Positions 24,170 through 38,400 are shown, numbered from the whole stretch's first letter. The stretch: 58,725 nt of DNA, filler included, from Catajapyx aquilonaris (GCA_000934665.2; 4 parts of 4 records of this genome joined end to end with filler, not necessarily neighbours in it), one strand, 5' to 3'. A program made the numbers and translations. Notes: a model not told the origin generated them from the letters alone.

Positions 24170-25337
24170 CTGAAATTAATGACACCTCATAAATGCAGGT
24201 GTATTTGAAAAGAGAGCTTTGGACTCAGTATGTTCGCCTTGAAATACGTATTACTGTACTTAATCAGGCAGTCTACCCGTATATGCAGCAGCCCACTTTT
24301 TTTTCTCTTCATCGTCAATTTTCATGTTTGGTACATGTATAGTAGGTCTACTGATCAAAATGCATCTCTGTACAGTGTTGGACATTAATCGTGTCATACT
24401 GCTAGCGACATTTTCCGAAGCGCCAGAAGAACGAAACTTGTTCGCACAGCTTGCACTATCCATATCTTCGATTCGTTCTTCTGCCACTTCGGAAAATGTC
24501 GGTGACATAGCCATGACACAGGTTCAAGCTACTTTTCTTCAATAGGTTGACACATTATTCGGAGTAAGTGACCTCGGATTGGTTTGATCTTCGACCTAAT
24601 GATGAAGACTTGTTTGATTGCTGATCCAAGGAATGTAAATTTTGGAATCACGCTTAGTAGTCCTACCGTTATTATTACCATCGTTTAACTTGTTGATGAC
24701 GACCATCAACCAGTCAAACGGGGACAAAGAAAGTGGTAACAGGCTGAGCAAAGTAATAATGTAAAATGCACCAGTTCTTATCCTATTTCTTGCCACAATG
24801 TCAAGGAAAATAAGCGCAGTTCATAGTAAAGACACCTCATAAACACATCTAACAACAACATGCCATACTCCACAGGGCTCATACTAAAACATTTCCCGGC
24901 AAATTACTGGCAGGAATTAAAGTAGACTCGACCTCAGGCGGTGATAAAGAGTTACATCCCCATTTCGCCAGAGAGATTTATGTGGTGTGCAACCTAACTC
25001 TGATACCTTTCATACACTGTATAATGTAAAAATATCTGCAAAACGAAGCAGTGAGCAGCCGTAGCTCTTCAATCACAGCAAAGAAAAGTTGCAATCTCCC
25101 AACAAGTGAGGTTATTCTGTCACTGGTCCTATTTCAATTGCTTCATGCAAATCCTATGCAGATCAAACAACATAAATGGCGAATACAACGAACACTGGTG
25201 CGTTTCGGCCTATTCAACCTTATGCGAAATGTAACGAAGATTTCTTGAAAAAAAAAATCACTCAATGTTATGGATGGAAACCTCTCTACATAGGAACCCC
25301 TTTGAACTAAAATTTATAAATAGATTTATTACATTAC

Positions 25338-25460
25338 CTGAACCTCAGGAGTGATGTGCTTCATCAGCATGTGCCTCTCCAGGTCCCTCTTTGTGGCAAA
25401 TGCACCACTGCAATCATCACAGTACAGAAGCTGATGCAGCAGGATGAAGGGTTCCAATAC
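25338..25460 (-). CDS. C2H2 zinc-finger protein, internal exon with one finger
   Basis: YCDDCSGAFATKRDLERHMLMKHITPEVQ. Donor CAG|GTAATG at 25338 is phase 0, compatible with the next exon. The acceptor could be at 25460 or 25430, both phase 0. Confidence 0.75.
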
Positions 25461-25610
25461 CTCCAATGAGAACATGAAAATTGACTTGACATAATATAAT
25501 TAACAATTAATAGGCCAGTTGGTTTGCATCACCAGCCATCATTAACTCAGTCTCATTTAACCTGGCCTATGTTAGATTAAGGTCAACCAACAGGCAATTT
25601 ACAATAATGA

Positions 25611-25958
25611 AAGGGAAGGCGGATGCTGCAGTAACGTATGCGCCCAAGGATGTAAGGGTCCCAGGTTCGATCCCAAGCCCGGGCATTCCCCCCTTCATCT
25701 CGTGCAGAGTTCGGGGTCAACTCTGGAGTCGTCTCGGGTGGGATTTCCGCTAACTAACCACCCAGGGGAGTTCACAAATTGACCATAGCAACGACATTGC
25801 ACTGCACTTTTCACATCCCCTCCCAGTCACCCTGCCCTCGGACCAGTGCGCTTCGCAGAAAGGTTCCGTTTGTAGAGTGTACACTGTATAATAATAAAGG
25901 TCTTGTGATGTACCCCAAACGGGGTGAAAGCACTACCAGGATTGTTGTTGATGTTATT
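25611..25958 (+). mobile_element. tRNA-derived SINE (family A), intronic
   Basis: B-box GGTTCGATCCC. Homologous to 42331-42663. TSD AATTTACA(A/G)TAATGA at 25596-25610 and 25959-25973. Confidence 0.88.
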
Positions 25959-26087
25959 AATTTACAGTAATGAGACAAGCAACCCTTGAGGAGATCCTTT
26001 ACTTGGTTAAAGCTGTTGATTTTTAGATCACTTTTGACACCCCAGTTTTCACCAAATTATGAGAACATGTCCAATTTGCTTTCTCAC

Positions 26088-26510
26088 CTGCTCTTGCCTT
26101 CCTCCATCTCCACTCCCACCCCATGCCTCCTCCTCCCTGGCTGGATCATGCCTCCCTCTGCCCTCCTCTTCTGCTGCACCAGGGTCACTTATTTCCTGGC
26201 TGCTGTTGCCCTCCTCCTCCCCTGGCTCCTCCTTGACCTTCATGGCACCTCTTCCTTTCCAACATTCCTTGACCTTCTCCTCCTGCCCCTTGGTGCACCT
26301 GATTGTGACCTCCACTGGCTCCTCCTCTTCTGGCTCCACCTTGACCCTGTCCCACTTGGAGTGAGTGAAGCTGTGCGCCAACAGATCAATCTTCCTCTTG
26401 AAGACGTTGTTGGGGCACTGGGTACAGCGGAATCTCCCCAATTTCATCATCTCCATGGCTGATGGGATGGATCTCTCCTTTGTCCTGTTCTTCAACTGTT
26501 GCACATCTCC
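26088..26510 (-). CDS. C2H2 zinc-finger protein, internal exon with one finger and an acidic linker
   Basis: Acceptor TTTTCCAG|GGA and donor CAG|GTGAG bound a 423-nt open exon, phase 0/0. It encodes CTQCPNNVFKRKIDLLAHSFTH plus VKVEP and VKEEP motifs. Confidence 0.82.
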
Positions 26511-27949
26511 CTGGAAAAGGGAAGACAAGTCCAGTGTCACACTAACCACAATCATACCAGGTCCCACCCAATGTGTGCGCCTCACAAGTGGGATAGAAAT
26601 GATAATTTTCGCTCTAATTTTAAAAAAGGGGTATATTACAAACTGTGTGCTTTATATCATATGTTACCAGCAATGTACGAAATCCTAAAGGACTCAAGGC
26701 AAACCGGCAAAGTATAGAATACTTCTTCCAGTGATGCTTGGGTCCTTGTTAGGTGGTGGCCAAGCACAACAACTGGCCAAAGGTCAATTCGCTTCTTAGT
26801 CATTTTTCTGCGGTCACTTTGTGTTGTGTGCTCATTGTGTTTGTCATCTGTATGGCTTTGGGGTCACCGCACCAGTACTGTCCGTCCTGTGGCTCTGCCA
26901 GGCACGGTACGTCGAATTGCGTGATGATTTTAATTAATTGTGAGCTTTTTTTTAGCATTACCCCATTAGAGGGAACAGAGCCCTTTTAGGGGGATGGATT
27001 GCCACCATTTTTTCTTACGAAATTTTCTTCACATTTTTCTCTCCGGTGCAGGGGTCAGGATAGGGTCTGGCCCCCACTAGCAGAGGGCCAACTTGGATCC
27101 GCCACTGGTGGAGCCTAACAGGCCAGGACCCATGAATCCCATAATATACGTAAGATAAGAGTCCAACCATCTTAAAGCATGTTAAAATATATTCCCATTC
27201 CACAAATGGAATTTCGTATTAGTGAACAATCTTCTGAGAGTTATGGCCCTCCAACTGTTGGTAGACAGAGGCAAAATTTGTGAAAACGCTTACTTTTTGC
27301 ATCCTGTAGTAATGCAACTCTGTGCAGATGGTACAAACAAAACCGAGACATTTGCATGGATACATGGGTACTATATGTATACAACAACAAGGTTTTGGTC
27401 GAAGAAGAAAATTATTTGTCGTGAAGGTGGGTCTAGTTGACGTGGAATGCCTCATATTCGAGGGCATCCTCATAATTTTTGCCTCCATGTAAATAAAACA
27501 TTTAATTCATCATACATGTCACAGGACAACATAACTCCCAACTGCAACTCGGCATGAGGTGCAGTGCAGACAAGGTTTATTTATAAAAGGTGCGCCAGAT
27601 CAGATTCCTAAAAGTTTCTTATCTGCAAGACTTGTGTGATGCAAGCAGGCCGGGCTGAATGTGATGTCATGTCATTCTTGAGGAAACCCTGAACTAACAT
27701 CAATACATCAAAAGTGGCGACTATAGATATCTTACTTCGATCACCAAGTGATAATAATTTTAAGTTGCGAAATGCTACTGGTGACCGCCCTAATTCCGAA
27801 CCCTGAGTTAACCAGTCAAGTCCGGTTCCATGCTTCAAGGTGAATCCAGTGCAAGTGGTTGGTCCACGTTATTCCCATAGGATTTCATTCTATTTGGTCT
27901 GGATTTATCATTGATTACATTACCACTTACCAGCACTTACAAGGTAGAG

Positions 27950-28660
27950 CGGGTTACGCGAGTAGAATGCGGCTATGGATTTTTTTTCTCGAAAATTCAC
28001 CCAGAAAAACATGTGTGGAATTTCATCAGTAACATGCCCAAGAATTTGGCTTCATTAAAATTAATGGTAATTCGGCAAACATATCTATTATTTTCTGGCG
28101 AGCCATGCATGACCCAGAATTGAAACTGAACATATCGAATCGCGTATGGGTCACAACTACTGTCACCAAATATGGCTTCTCAATTATGCAAATACGTCAC
28201 TAATAATATTGTTGGGGTCTAAACACTTGGGCATGTCACTGAGCACGTGACCGATAGAATGCCACACATGTTTTTCTGAGGGCATTTCAGAGAAAAACAT
28301 ATTCCATAGGTACATTCTACTCGCGTTTCGCTTTCATTTGATGTATATGTTGATTGGGTTTTGACCATCACTTCCAATAACCGGAAAAAATTATCCAAAA
28401 AAAGGCCCAATTTTTAAAATTTTGCGATTTTTTCCCCCTCCCCACAGTATTTCGCAATTTGGATGAAACTTGATATCCAGTGTGTACAGCTGTGATTATT
28501 TTCAGAAAAATCCGAGATGGTTTAGCAACATTTATGCCCACTTGATTGGGGGGGGAAAAAAAACATGCTGTATTTGAGGATTTTTGTTTTTTGCCTGCCC
28601 CGAGGTCAAAAACAAATCAAATACAAAATGAATGCCCATTATGAGTATACCTGTGACCTA
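27950..28660. mobile_element. Non-autonomous DNA element fragment with an internal inverted repeat
   Basis: 27956-28020 is an inverted copy of 28262-28325. 28310-28660 matches 52820-53170 in reverse orientation. Confidence 0.65.
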
Positions 28661-28921
28661 AGAAACACGAATTTGACTTTAAAAAAAAAGTCGAATATTG
28701 TTGCATAGTGTAATTCGTGTTAATTCCCTAGTTGAGAATAGGCCCTGCATTTTGAGTACTTAGTATTTTTCCGTAGGCCCCGCACTGCCGCACCGCACCC
28801 ACTTCGGGCCGGGCCCTTGTCCTTTCAGATCACATTTGCCAAGCACAAGGCCAAGCACGTGGCACAAGCACGTTGATCTTACATGCTAACTGTGATCGTT
28901 TTCCGATATCTGCTTCCTCAC

Positions 28922-29058
28922 CTGGTTCTGCTGCCTTCCTCCGTCTCCGTCACCTCGTTCCCTGTCTGGAATCCCTTCCTCCAACAATATTGAATGATGC
29001 GCTGCCCACAGACTGTCTCCTTCCCCCAAGCAAGCCACATGCCACAATCCCTTCCGAG
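28922..29058 (-). other. Possible upstream or paralogous exon of the zinc-finger gene, abutting a TAGGGATG DNA-transposon-like end
   Basis: Open frame ending ...DRERGDGDGGRQQNQ|GTGAG, which resembles ...GSGDGGRQEQ|GTGAG at 26088. Confidence 0.4.
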
Positions 29059-29378
29059 TAGGGATGGGACAAAAATCGCTTAGCAGTTTAAAAAAGCTGC
29101 TACTTTCAAATCGCTCTGAGCATATTGCTATTCACTTGATCGCAATAGGCGATTTTCATATTAAGTGCTATTTATGTTTCAGTTAATGCAATTGAAGCCT
29201 TTTTTGTAAAAACAACACATCAAAAAATTGAACTTTTCAGGAGACAAAAAAAAAAAAAATCTCCGCTTTTTTTCTACCTTTGTTTTCTCCCTTCACAACT
29301 GTCCTTTTTGCGTTTCGATTGCAGCATTTAGAGCGCAAGGCTTGGAACTAAGCGGTGGTGGTGGTGGCCATATCTCGT

Positions 29379-29478
29379 NNNNNNNNNNNNNNNNNNNNNN
29401 NNNNNNNNNNNNNNNNNNNNNNTTAATTAATTAANNNNNNNNNNNNNNNNNNNNNNNNNNNNNNNNNNNNNNNNNNNN
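29379..29478. other. Artificial contig spacer
   Basis: N44-TTAATTAATTAA-N44. Confidence 0.98.
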
Positions 29479-32400
29479 GCCGCGCGGGCCGCCGCTGCTT
29501 TTCAAAGCGTAGCTTCTCGCCGAGCCTCCTGATTGGCTGGAGACTCTTCCCACGCATATTTACTAGTTACAGAAACCGCCGCAGTGGCGCTTTCCCATGT
29601 TAAACTCGCATAGACGGTGGCGACACTGCGGAATTTTTCCATGAGGCTCCGTAATATGCTGTGGGATACTACTGTGGCCATATCAGGAACATGTGTGCAT
29701 GATATGGACATCCTTGTTCCACGTTCTACAAAGCGTGATTTTTTCCAGTTTCATGAGCAGTTCTGCTGAAATGAAATAATTTTGGTGTGAAATCAATAAA
29801 CATGATACGAAATGATCCTTTTTGTTATGCAAAAGTGGATTCAAAACAGGAATTGCCATTAAAAATTAAGTTGTTTGCAAAATTGGCATTACAATTTCTT
29901 TCAGAAAAAAACCATTTGAAATGATTCAAGAGAAGAGCACAAGACAAAATTGAGATTGTTAAAACAAATTACTGTTCGCAATTGAGACAAATAAAAATGT
30001 AATATTATTTTGATGTGGCCATGGTGCACTTGATGTGGCCATATCAGGATCAGGTCAGTTTTTACACAAATCGTTTGATTATGAACAACAACAAGTTACT
30101 CGTAAAACATACGCCATCAATGGCAACACCAATCGAAAGAGCATTAAAAACTGAATAGAGTACGATGGTTTCATGAAAAATGTCTTTGAAAAACATGCAT
30201 AAAACAAAGGAGACGTACATGAGAAAAACAAGAAGAGGTCACACGAAAAACATAAATCAGGCAACTGAGGCCATATGGCTCAACCTGGGTGGATGGGAAA
30301 TGATACAGTGACACACTTGGAGGCCCCCTCACTGGCTGCTGATGCCATATAGCGGATTTCTTTGTTAGTTAACTCACAATGGCGGGGTGGTCATATGAGG
30401 AGCCTGGCCATAACCGGTACGACCACCTTACTTGCCATACCCTAGTTACGCCTCTGGCAACGAGTGAATTACGCCATATAATAATGAGTCTTGCATGCCT
30501 TAGGATACATTCCATGGAAACTTTTGCAATAATATTCCAATCAAAGACACTGCACTAATGAGCAAGTCGCCAGTTTTTACAACTTATAGCGGTTATACGA
30601 TATGTTGAATTATCTCTCGGGCAGTGGACCAGTGCAAAGCGAATCTAATCAAGTTCCAGAAGTCCAGACAAGGTTGCCTTATTATCATTCTATGGTTCGG
30701 ACCGAGTCTGAATCTGAGGCCCAGTGTGTCGATTCTCTGTTCGACCTATACGTAGCCTATGCAGTATACCTTGTATTGGTCTACTGCGTCTTGCCTGGCC
30801 GTACGCTTATGTCTATGGGATTTTGGCAGAACAGGATCCTGAGCCAGCCGAACACCGTCGGCCTAGGTAGGAATCGATTCATTCTGCCTATTCCCGTGGC
30901 GCCAATCTCATTAGCAGCCAGGTGGGCCTTGCTGAGGCCCCGGGAACTATCTCGCTGCCCCCTCTCCCCCTCCCAATTTTAGCATAGCCAATTCAGACCT
31001 CTTTCTTGCACACCTTATAACATTTTTACTGAACCTTCATCAGCCTGATCCGCGCTTCTGCTATTGCAGAGAGTATCTACAGGTTCATCCAAAAATGACG
31101 TCCAATCTCCATTGCTGTGGGAGGAAATGCATGAGTCAGATTATATAATTATATTTTTAGTGCTATGTGCAATATTTTCTCATCTTTGGGGAGCAATCGT
31201 ATGGGCCTCCCTCAAAGGATTTATTGTCATTTGACTTTGCACATATGCTGTGTACAATAGGCCCCTTAAGGGCTTGTTCGTGGCAACCTCTGTTCAGAAG
31301 GTTCCTGTCCAGCATGTTGGCCATGCCCAGTAGCAGTCTCTGTGCCATATTCTCCATCCTCCCATTCTCCACCCCCCGGACATATCAATTAGGACATAGG
31401 AAGTCAAAGTCAGGATTATAGTGCCGAAATAATGCACTTCATCACAAATGCTTTTGTGTCCGCGCACAAAGCTCTTCCTTCCTATCCTGATCCCCTTGCA
31501 GGGCCTCGAGTGAGGCTCACTTGTCCCCCAAAACCCAGCCACTGCAAAATGGCACTTTTAGAAACATGTCTTGTTAATACTGGCGGTGTTTTCCCAAACT
31601 TTTGAATCAGCAGTTCATCGCCGATTTCATTAAACTCCACATTTCTTTAATGAACAATATGCAACTATGCATATTTTTTTCCTTCATACGCTATTGCCAT
31701 AAGAATTGATGGAAATACGTGTGTATTCCAAATTACCCAGCAGGGCCTTTATTCGCGAATTTAAGAAATCCTGTAACATGTGAGGTAAAGAATATGAGTA
31801 GGGCACAATTTATGCTTAAATATCTCTGATGTGTTTGTGATAGTGTATACTAGAAAAGGGAAAGCGACGGCATCGCGTAACATGATTTTCTTAGCTGAAA
31901 AATGTCTGAATTACACGCATCAGAATGTTGCATTTCAAATTTCCACGGCAAATGCTATCCACAGTCTATTACAAGTCTATTACAATTTTTATAGCATTGG
32001 TTAATGGCAATCTATATTTTAAGCCACAAACACTGATATTGAATGACCTTATTATTGCGTCCAACTGCTTGCCCATTGTAATGAAGCAACAAGTGTTTCA
32101 AAGCCATCAGTTTCATTAGTTACATATCAGTGAACAATACGTGACTCAAGAAGCAAGTTGTTCCTAATCGATGACATGTAAAAATTAAAATAAGACTACC
32201 ACAGCTTTCGGGTGCCTTCTGTGGCAATGTGAAACTTTAATAAAATGCAAATTTGCAACACCCTGACGTCTACATCTCACCCCTGGTTTGCAATTATACT
32301 GTAGCTGTCACTTTTCTAGTAGACACTAGCAAGCACCTGTGCACCAAAAATCTTATCCATTGAAGTATACTAGCTGTACCACCGATTCACTACCTTGGCA

Positions 32401-33527
32401 AAATTAGTTGAGAAAATATCAAAATCATAGCCTATAGCGAAAAACTTGTACAATGAAAATAATTATTCCCGGAATAGATTCACTTCTCCATCTAACGTTA
32501 TCAGGAATTAGGTTTGGTAATATTATTGTATAGTACAGCGAAACCAACCCTGAAAAAGGAGAATTATTTTTACAGACTCTTCAAAATAATGTCGACTGAA
32601 AAAATATGTCTATAGTGCGGAAAATTAAACGACGATCTGACGTCATTGTCGCAAAACAATATGAGTGAACAGTGTCAACAAAAAGAACAGTGTTTATTCC
32701 TGTTGTTGCATGATGAGAACAAAACTATGACCATTATGACGTCAGATCGTCATTTCGTTTTCCGCACTGTACTTTTAAAAATGTGTGTGCCTACAATGCA
32801 TTTTTCTCTACAATATTATTTGGACGCAGTAGATCTGTGCACGGCCATTATTTTGAAAGTAGTATGTTCAGATGGCCGTGGATCAGTATAAGGTGCCTTT
32901 CTTGTAGTTGGGATCAAACATAGGTGGGACATCTGCAACTTCGGGAAAATCGAATAACTTAACACGCACAAACTACTAGGATAAATCTGTGAACCAGAGA
33001 ATCGCATTATGTAGGGTGTCACTTGCCGTGGACCGAGGCGGTTACTGAGATAATTGGTTATTTATCATGCAGTATATAGCTCATCTTGGAATGTTTACAG
33101 TAGACCACACATGGAACGCGTCTAAAAACTACTCTTCCTCCGCGAGACTTGCTGCAACCTCAGGTTCGCGACCCATTTGCCGCGCGTTTACTGAGGATGA
33201 ATACTGCATGCATTATTGCGTACGGTGCTGAAGCACAATTCCTCTGAGAATACATCACCCGCAGAAGTCGTCAGCAGAAAACGCAATCCCGCTTTAGTCT
33301 CTCTGTGTTTGGTCGGGTGCAAGCTTTCCAGTATACGCTATAATATATGCTGAATAGCCAATTCTCTGAGTAGGCCCTATAACGAGGCTTATAACGATGG
33401 CAAGAAGCTACCTGACAGTGGGGCGGAGCTTCTTGATGGTGATAACGGCTGGCCTTAGACGTCAATCCTTGGGAAGAGCAGATCAGTCCTGGTAGGACGG
33501 CTGGAACAGGGCTAGTGACAGCTGGTA

Positions 33528-33959
33528 CAGTGCCGTGCACAATAGCACATAACAAGTGTAAACAACGACTTTGGCGTCACCTGGCAACTGGGCGTGTTCG
33601 GACATCGGCATGTGGAGAGGGCTTAGCGTTCTTTCTGTCGTTGCCACTGTTTACAGGTAGCGATTGATGCTGGGCGACCTATAGCGAAGGGTGTATGCAT
33701 GCTTACCAATCCATGGCATCGGAATAAGCGGGCTGAGGGGATATTATTTTGAGAAGGCGCTTCGTTATTATCACACTATCGTCACTGTCTTATTCCCACG
33801 ATGATGGAGTTAATATCATCAATCGCTACCTGTAAACAGTGGGCAACGACAGAAAGAGCGCTAAGCACTCTCCACATGCCGATGTCCGAACACGCCCAAT
33901 TGCCAGGTAACGCCAAAGTCGTTGTTTACACTTGTTATATGCTATTGTGCACGGCACTG
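33528..33959. mobile_element. Tc1/mariner-type MITE
   Basis: About 140-bp inverted arms CAGTGCCGTGCACAATAGCA...TGCTATTGTGCACGGCACTG, flanked by TA on both sides. Confidence 0.9.
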
Positions 33960-34053
33960 TACCACGGATTCTTCCCGTTGGTGACCGAAGATAGACATGT
34001 TCACGGACACGAGGGGGGTTTGGGTTTTGACATTGCTATTGTACGGTATTTGC

Positions 34054-34356
34054 TTTATTTATTTATTTATTTATCATACCCCGTGCTAGAGCCTTGGACT
34101 CCCTTAGGGGGGTGGATTACCACCATTGGATGGTACCAGGGATAGGGAAGGAAGGAAGCGGCTGTGGCCTATTTTTACGGAAACGACCCCGGAATTATCC
34201 GGGGGGGGGGAGACCATAAAAAACCACAGAAAACCATGGTCAGGGTCGCCGGCCCCGGGATGCGAACCCAACGGAACTCAGGCAACGGACCGTTGCCTTG
34301 AGATTCCCCCTTGCGAAGCGGGAGGGCGGGCTGGAGATTGAGCCATCCCCGCCGCC
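34054..34356 (-). mobile_element. SINE (family B) with (TAAA)n tail
   Basis: GC-rich head with a degenerate B-box (GGTTCGCATCCC), a central block like other arthropod SINEs (plus strand AAGGAAGCGGCTGTGGCCTA...AAAAACCACAGAAAACC), and a simple-repeat tail. Confidence 0.7.
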
Positions 34357-35051
34357 AGTCGGCAGGAGTCTTCGGTAAAGTAGCAGACTCACATTAAAAA
34401 ATTCATGGATGCTGGAGGGGACCACTTTTGGTATATTCTTTAGTCAGACCTCGTTTGGCATGATACAATGTAAGTACATGTCAATTTTCACCGGGAACCA
34501 TACCATAGGTAAAAAGTTATTGAGGAATGTTTGAGTTCCCATTCGAGAGAATCACCCTGTGTAATCAGAAGCCTGTAGAAGGGGAATATCCCCACCAGCC
34601 CTGTTGTTTCCAACACTGATGCCCCAGTATATTTTCACATGCCGTATTTGTTACAATTCAAATACTAGTACTGATGCTTACATCTTTGAAAACAAACATG
34701 TTTTTCTACTAAGCGTATGGTTGCCCATACCTGTATAGCATTTCAGGGGCCATGAGTATTTCCTGCCAAATATTCGATTATTTACATGTGAAACATCGAA
34801 AATAGGCTATAATCAGTGTGTCTATATTGACGTGTCTCTGTGGTTGCAATAGATTTTTTGTTAAAATGTTTCTTTTCCCAAATTATGTAGAGAGCAATCA
34901 ATAATATCAACACGACTAATGTATAAGGTTATAATGGACCAGTCTAAATGACCACCAGATGAACGTTTGCGGCCACCTAAAATGGTTCAGACCTGACCGA
35001 GCCTAATGAACTCTTGAGCATTCATCATCAGGTAATTCACTGGCAGTCATT

Positions 35052-35412
35052 TTTATTTTACCCCATTGGGAGAATCGGCGCTCCATTAGGGGGGGAGGGG
35101 GTGGAATCCCACCATTTTACAACTCAGATTTTCTGTAATTTCCTTCACACACCGTGCAAGGGAGAAAGTGACATGGGGAAGGAAACAGGGATTTTTGGGG
35201 AGGGGACACGGGTGCAAGTGCCTCGGCAAGTGCATTGTCTAATACTGGGCCATGCGCTGTTCTCCAGGAGGTTAGGTTGCCAGACACCTCCTTGGTGCAG
35301 GTCAGAGACCCTCCTGACGCAGGTGAAAGGGAACTCCCAGGCGGGGATCGAACCTGTGACCTTTCACTCAGCAAGCCGATACGTTACCATCTCTGCCACC
35401 GCACCTCCCCGT
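35052..35412 (-). mobile_element. tRNA-derived SINE (family C)
   Basis: A-box GGTGGCAGAGATGG and B-box GGTTCGATCCC. TSD CTGGCAGT(C/T)ATT at 35040-35051 and 35413-35424. Confidence 0.85.
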
Positions 35413-38400
35413 CTGGCAGTTATTAACTAGTTCACACAATCTTAGCATGGCAATAAAGCCGACTCGTGAAGACTCCCTTCAGATGCGATCTAGGAAAATG
35501 AAAATAGAGTAGCATTAAACAGCACTTGCACTAACATATTGCTGCTTCCTAATAGGAGACGGAGTGATGATGACATCGGAGCCAATAGTCGTTGCTAATT
35601 CCCTCTCCCTCCTCCTTTCTTCCCAAGAAAAAAGTGACTAATGGCAAAAAGGAAGCCGTCGTTCCTTCTCTCTGCATTTATTTGCTGGCGAAGGGATTTA
35701 ATTAAGCGGGATGAATGATCAGACCTCCAGCTTTCTTCATTACCACGCTTCCCTATTTTCTCGGAGAAGTCTGAAGGCGAATCTCGCGGACTTCCTCGTC
35801 CAATTTAGGCGCAGCAGAAGGGTCAAGTTTCGGACCCTCATTCCAAAGACAGGTTCAGGATTATAGACACTCTCGCTTGTCATCCTATAGCGGAGTTAAT
35901 TAAATGTGAACAATGGAACTGGCCCTATTGTCCCACTTTTTCAGTCGGAATTTGTTAATTGATGATGATTGGCGTACAGAGGGTTTATTAAGTTGCAGAG
36001 CTTCGAATGACACAAGTTTCGCGAGCTCTGCAGACGTTAGCACAAGAGCTGTTCTTTCTTCATGATAATGGTTTCCATTTGCGATTTACTAGAGGAAAAA
36101 TAAAAGTACACGTGACGCAAAATGCCCATTCTACCAATAGCTGTATGTTAATCATGTCAAATGCTCCTGCAGTATATGGGTATGTCATTGATCATTACGC
36201 CACGCCGCTCCGATTACATGGGCCTATTTTAGGTGCTGTATATAATAGTTGAGTTTTTCGTTTTGTAAAAGTACCTCAGAAAAAATGTTCATGATTGTTG
36301 GATGTTCGTTAATTACTTTCATATTATTACGGTACTAAATTAATTTCCTTACATTATTTTGTACTATTACGTACTCGTATGTTTGTTTTCCCCTCGTCAT
36401 GCTCTGAAACTCCATTTCCTGCTCTCGTCCTACCTCCACATACACACACAATACTAGCCAATTCTTTTGTGAACCATGATTCTCATCAAACACAATATCG
36501 TCTTCTGTGTAGACCAGAAAGTTTCAAGCACTTTTTTCCCCTTTGCGATCCTTTGTTTTCGTAACTGACAATATAGCTTTGCTTCATAATGGTCGAAAAC
36601 TTAGAATTTACTTTGCGATAAAACAAGATGCTGCTAGTGGCTGCTTTTGAGATCTTGTTTATTTATCAAGGAAGAAAAGTGATTTTAATGTTCTGCTAGT
36701 AAATAAGGAAATGAAAACTTTTCTTAGATCAAAATCTGAAGAAGAACTTTTAATATAATATCTTTGGGGCGAATGTAGACATCACCAAATGATCAATATC
36801 ATACCAGTACTGCACTCAAGATGTATTTAACATAAACTATGCTTATGTCATCGCTCATTAGAGTGTCGGTACCAAACAACTCTATTCTCTATTTTTACAT
36901 TAATTACTAATCATTACTAATCAAGATCTGAAATAAGAAAAAAATCAATACTGATGACAGAATGTGCCATCTTATAGTTTTGCAGAATGTCCATTTACAA
37001 GCAGTCCTACGCAATCACTGCATAACTTCATTTACGATTTTATGATCTCAAGTGAATTTGAATTTGCTACACAATAACAAACAACACACAATATTGTATT
37101 CAGAGTTCTCAATAAATACAGTAGAAGTCCCAAACCCAGGTATGCATAACAACAATAATGAGTGATAATAATGTTCCACACTGGATGTCAGTGGAGTGAA
37201 ATAGGCAGCGTCAAAAATGGATTCCGTTCGGCTGCTCGCAAGGGGCTGCTCGTAGAGGCTGTGGTACAGGGCATACGTTGTCTACACTCTTCATTGGTCC
37301 CGATGTAGTAATCTTGCCCATCAGAGGGTAACATCGCGTCGGTGTCATCAGAGTCGTCAGGTGATAACCCAAGGTATCTTCTTCCGGGTCCCGACGAAAC
37401 AGCTTCGCAACTTCGTTCTTACGGATTCTTCCCGCTCCTCATTGTTTCTGGTCAGAGTGTGGTCTATGTAATTTCGCCTTGCTGTCTGACTCCCAAGTCT
37501 GGAAACCCTTCGCCTTCCCCTTTTATGTTGGTGCGTTATGCAAAGGATCATCACGGGACTCTGTCCAACACGTGTGTGGAAGTAGGGGTTCACTAGCATG
37601 ATAGACGTGTGCGGACCTGTGTGTACAGTGGGAAGCGTGACTGACAGGATAAGTAAGGAAGGATCCTTACACCCATCACCTGTTCACACCGGTGCGTTTC
37701 CGGACCTACCGGTACCGACAGTGCGGGACACTACAATATCTGTATAGGACAAATGAGGATTGACATTTCAAGTAAGCGTCAGATATTTAGACTACTATAT
37801 TATATAAATACCTATTTCACTCTAATTTCTTGTCATTCAATAGTCTTTGTGTCACAGTTGAATGTGATGTTGGGGGCAATGGGGCCATTGCCTTCCCTCA
37901 CGGGAGACCGAGTTATCTGACCTTGCTTGAATAGCCCCTTTTGTTTTGGGAATCACTCCCTTTTTGAGCTTCACGATGTGAGGGTGTCCAGAGGAGCTAC
38001 TGATACTTGGCTGATACTGACAGTTAAGTATTGAGTGTTATAACTTATTGGGTTTGGGAGTCCCCGTTGCTGATGGTATTGTTGAACCAGGGTTCAGGGT
38101 TCATTGCTGAGGGATTTGGGGGCAGGTTGAACGTACGTCAAGTGTGAGGTTCAGTGAGTTGCATGTCCTATTCTTCCCATTGTTATATTATCAGGTATTC
38201 ATTATTTTGGGGAAATGTTGAACGCACTAAGTGTGATGTTCAGTGAATTTATACTGTACGACCTATCCTCCCCCATTATTGCATCATCAAATGTTCTTTA
38301 TTTTGAAGTCCATTGTTGCAAAGGTTAAATGAGGAATAGGTACGGATTGATTCATTGATTGTGAAGAGGTTTATTTGATTGATGGTGTTGGATGCAACAG

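Noticed and set aside
25613..25690. tRNA genes at the SINE heads (also near 35340-35410, 39975-40050, 42590-42660)
   Set aside because: No complete cloverleaf was evident. Each continues into a SINE body with a tail and TSD.
37260..37735. Possible solo LTR (TGTGGTAC...CACTACA)
   Set aside because: No target-site duplication and no second copy in the window.
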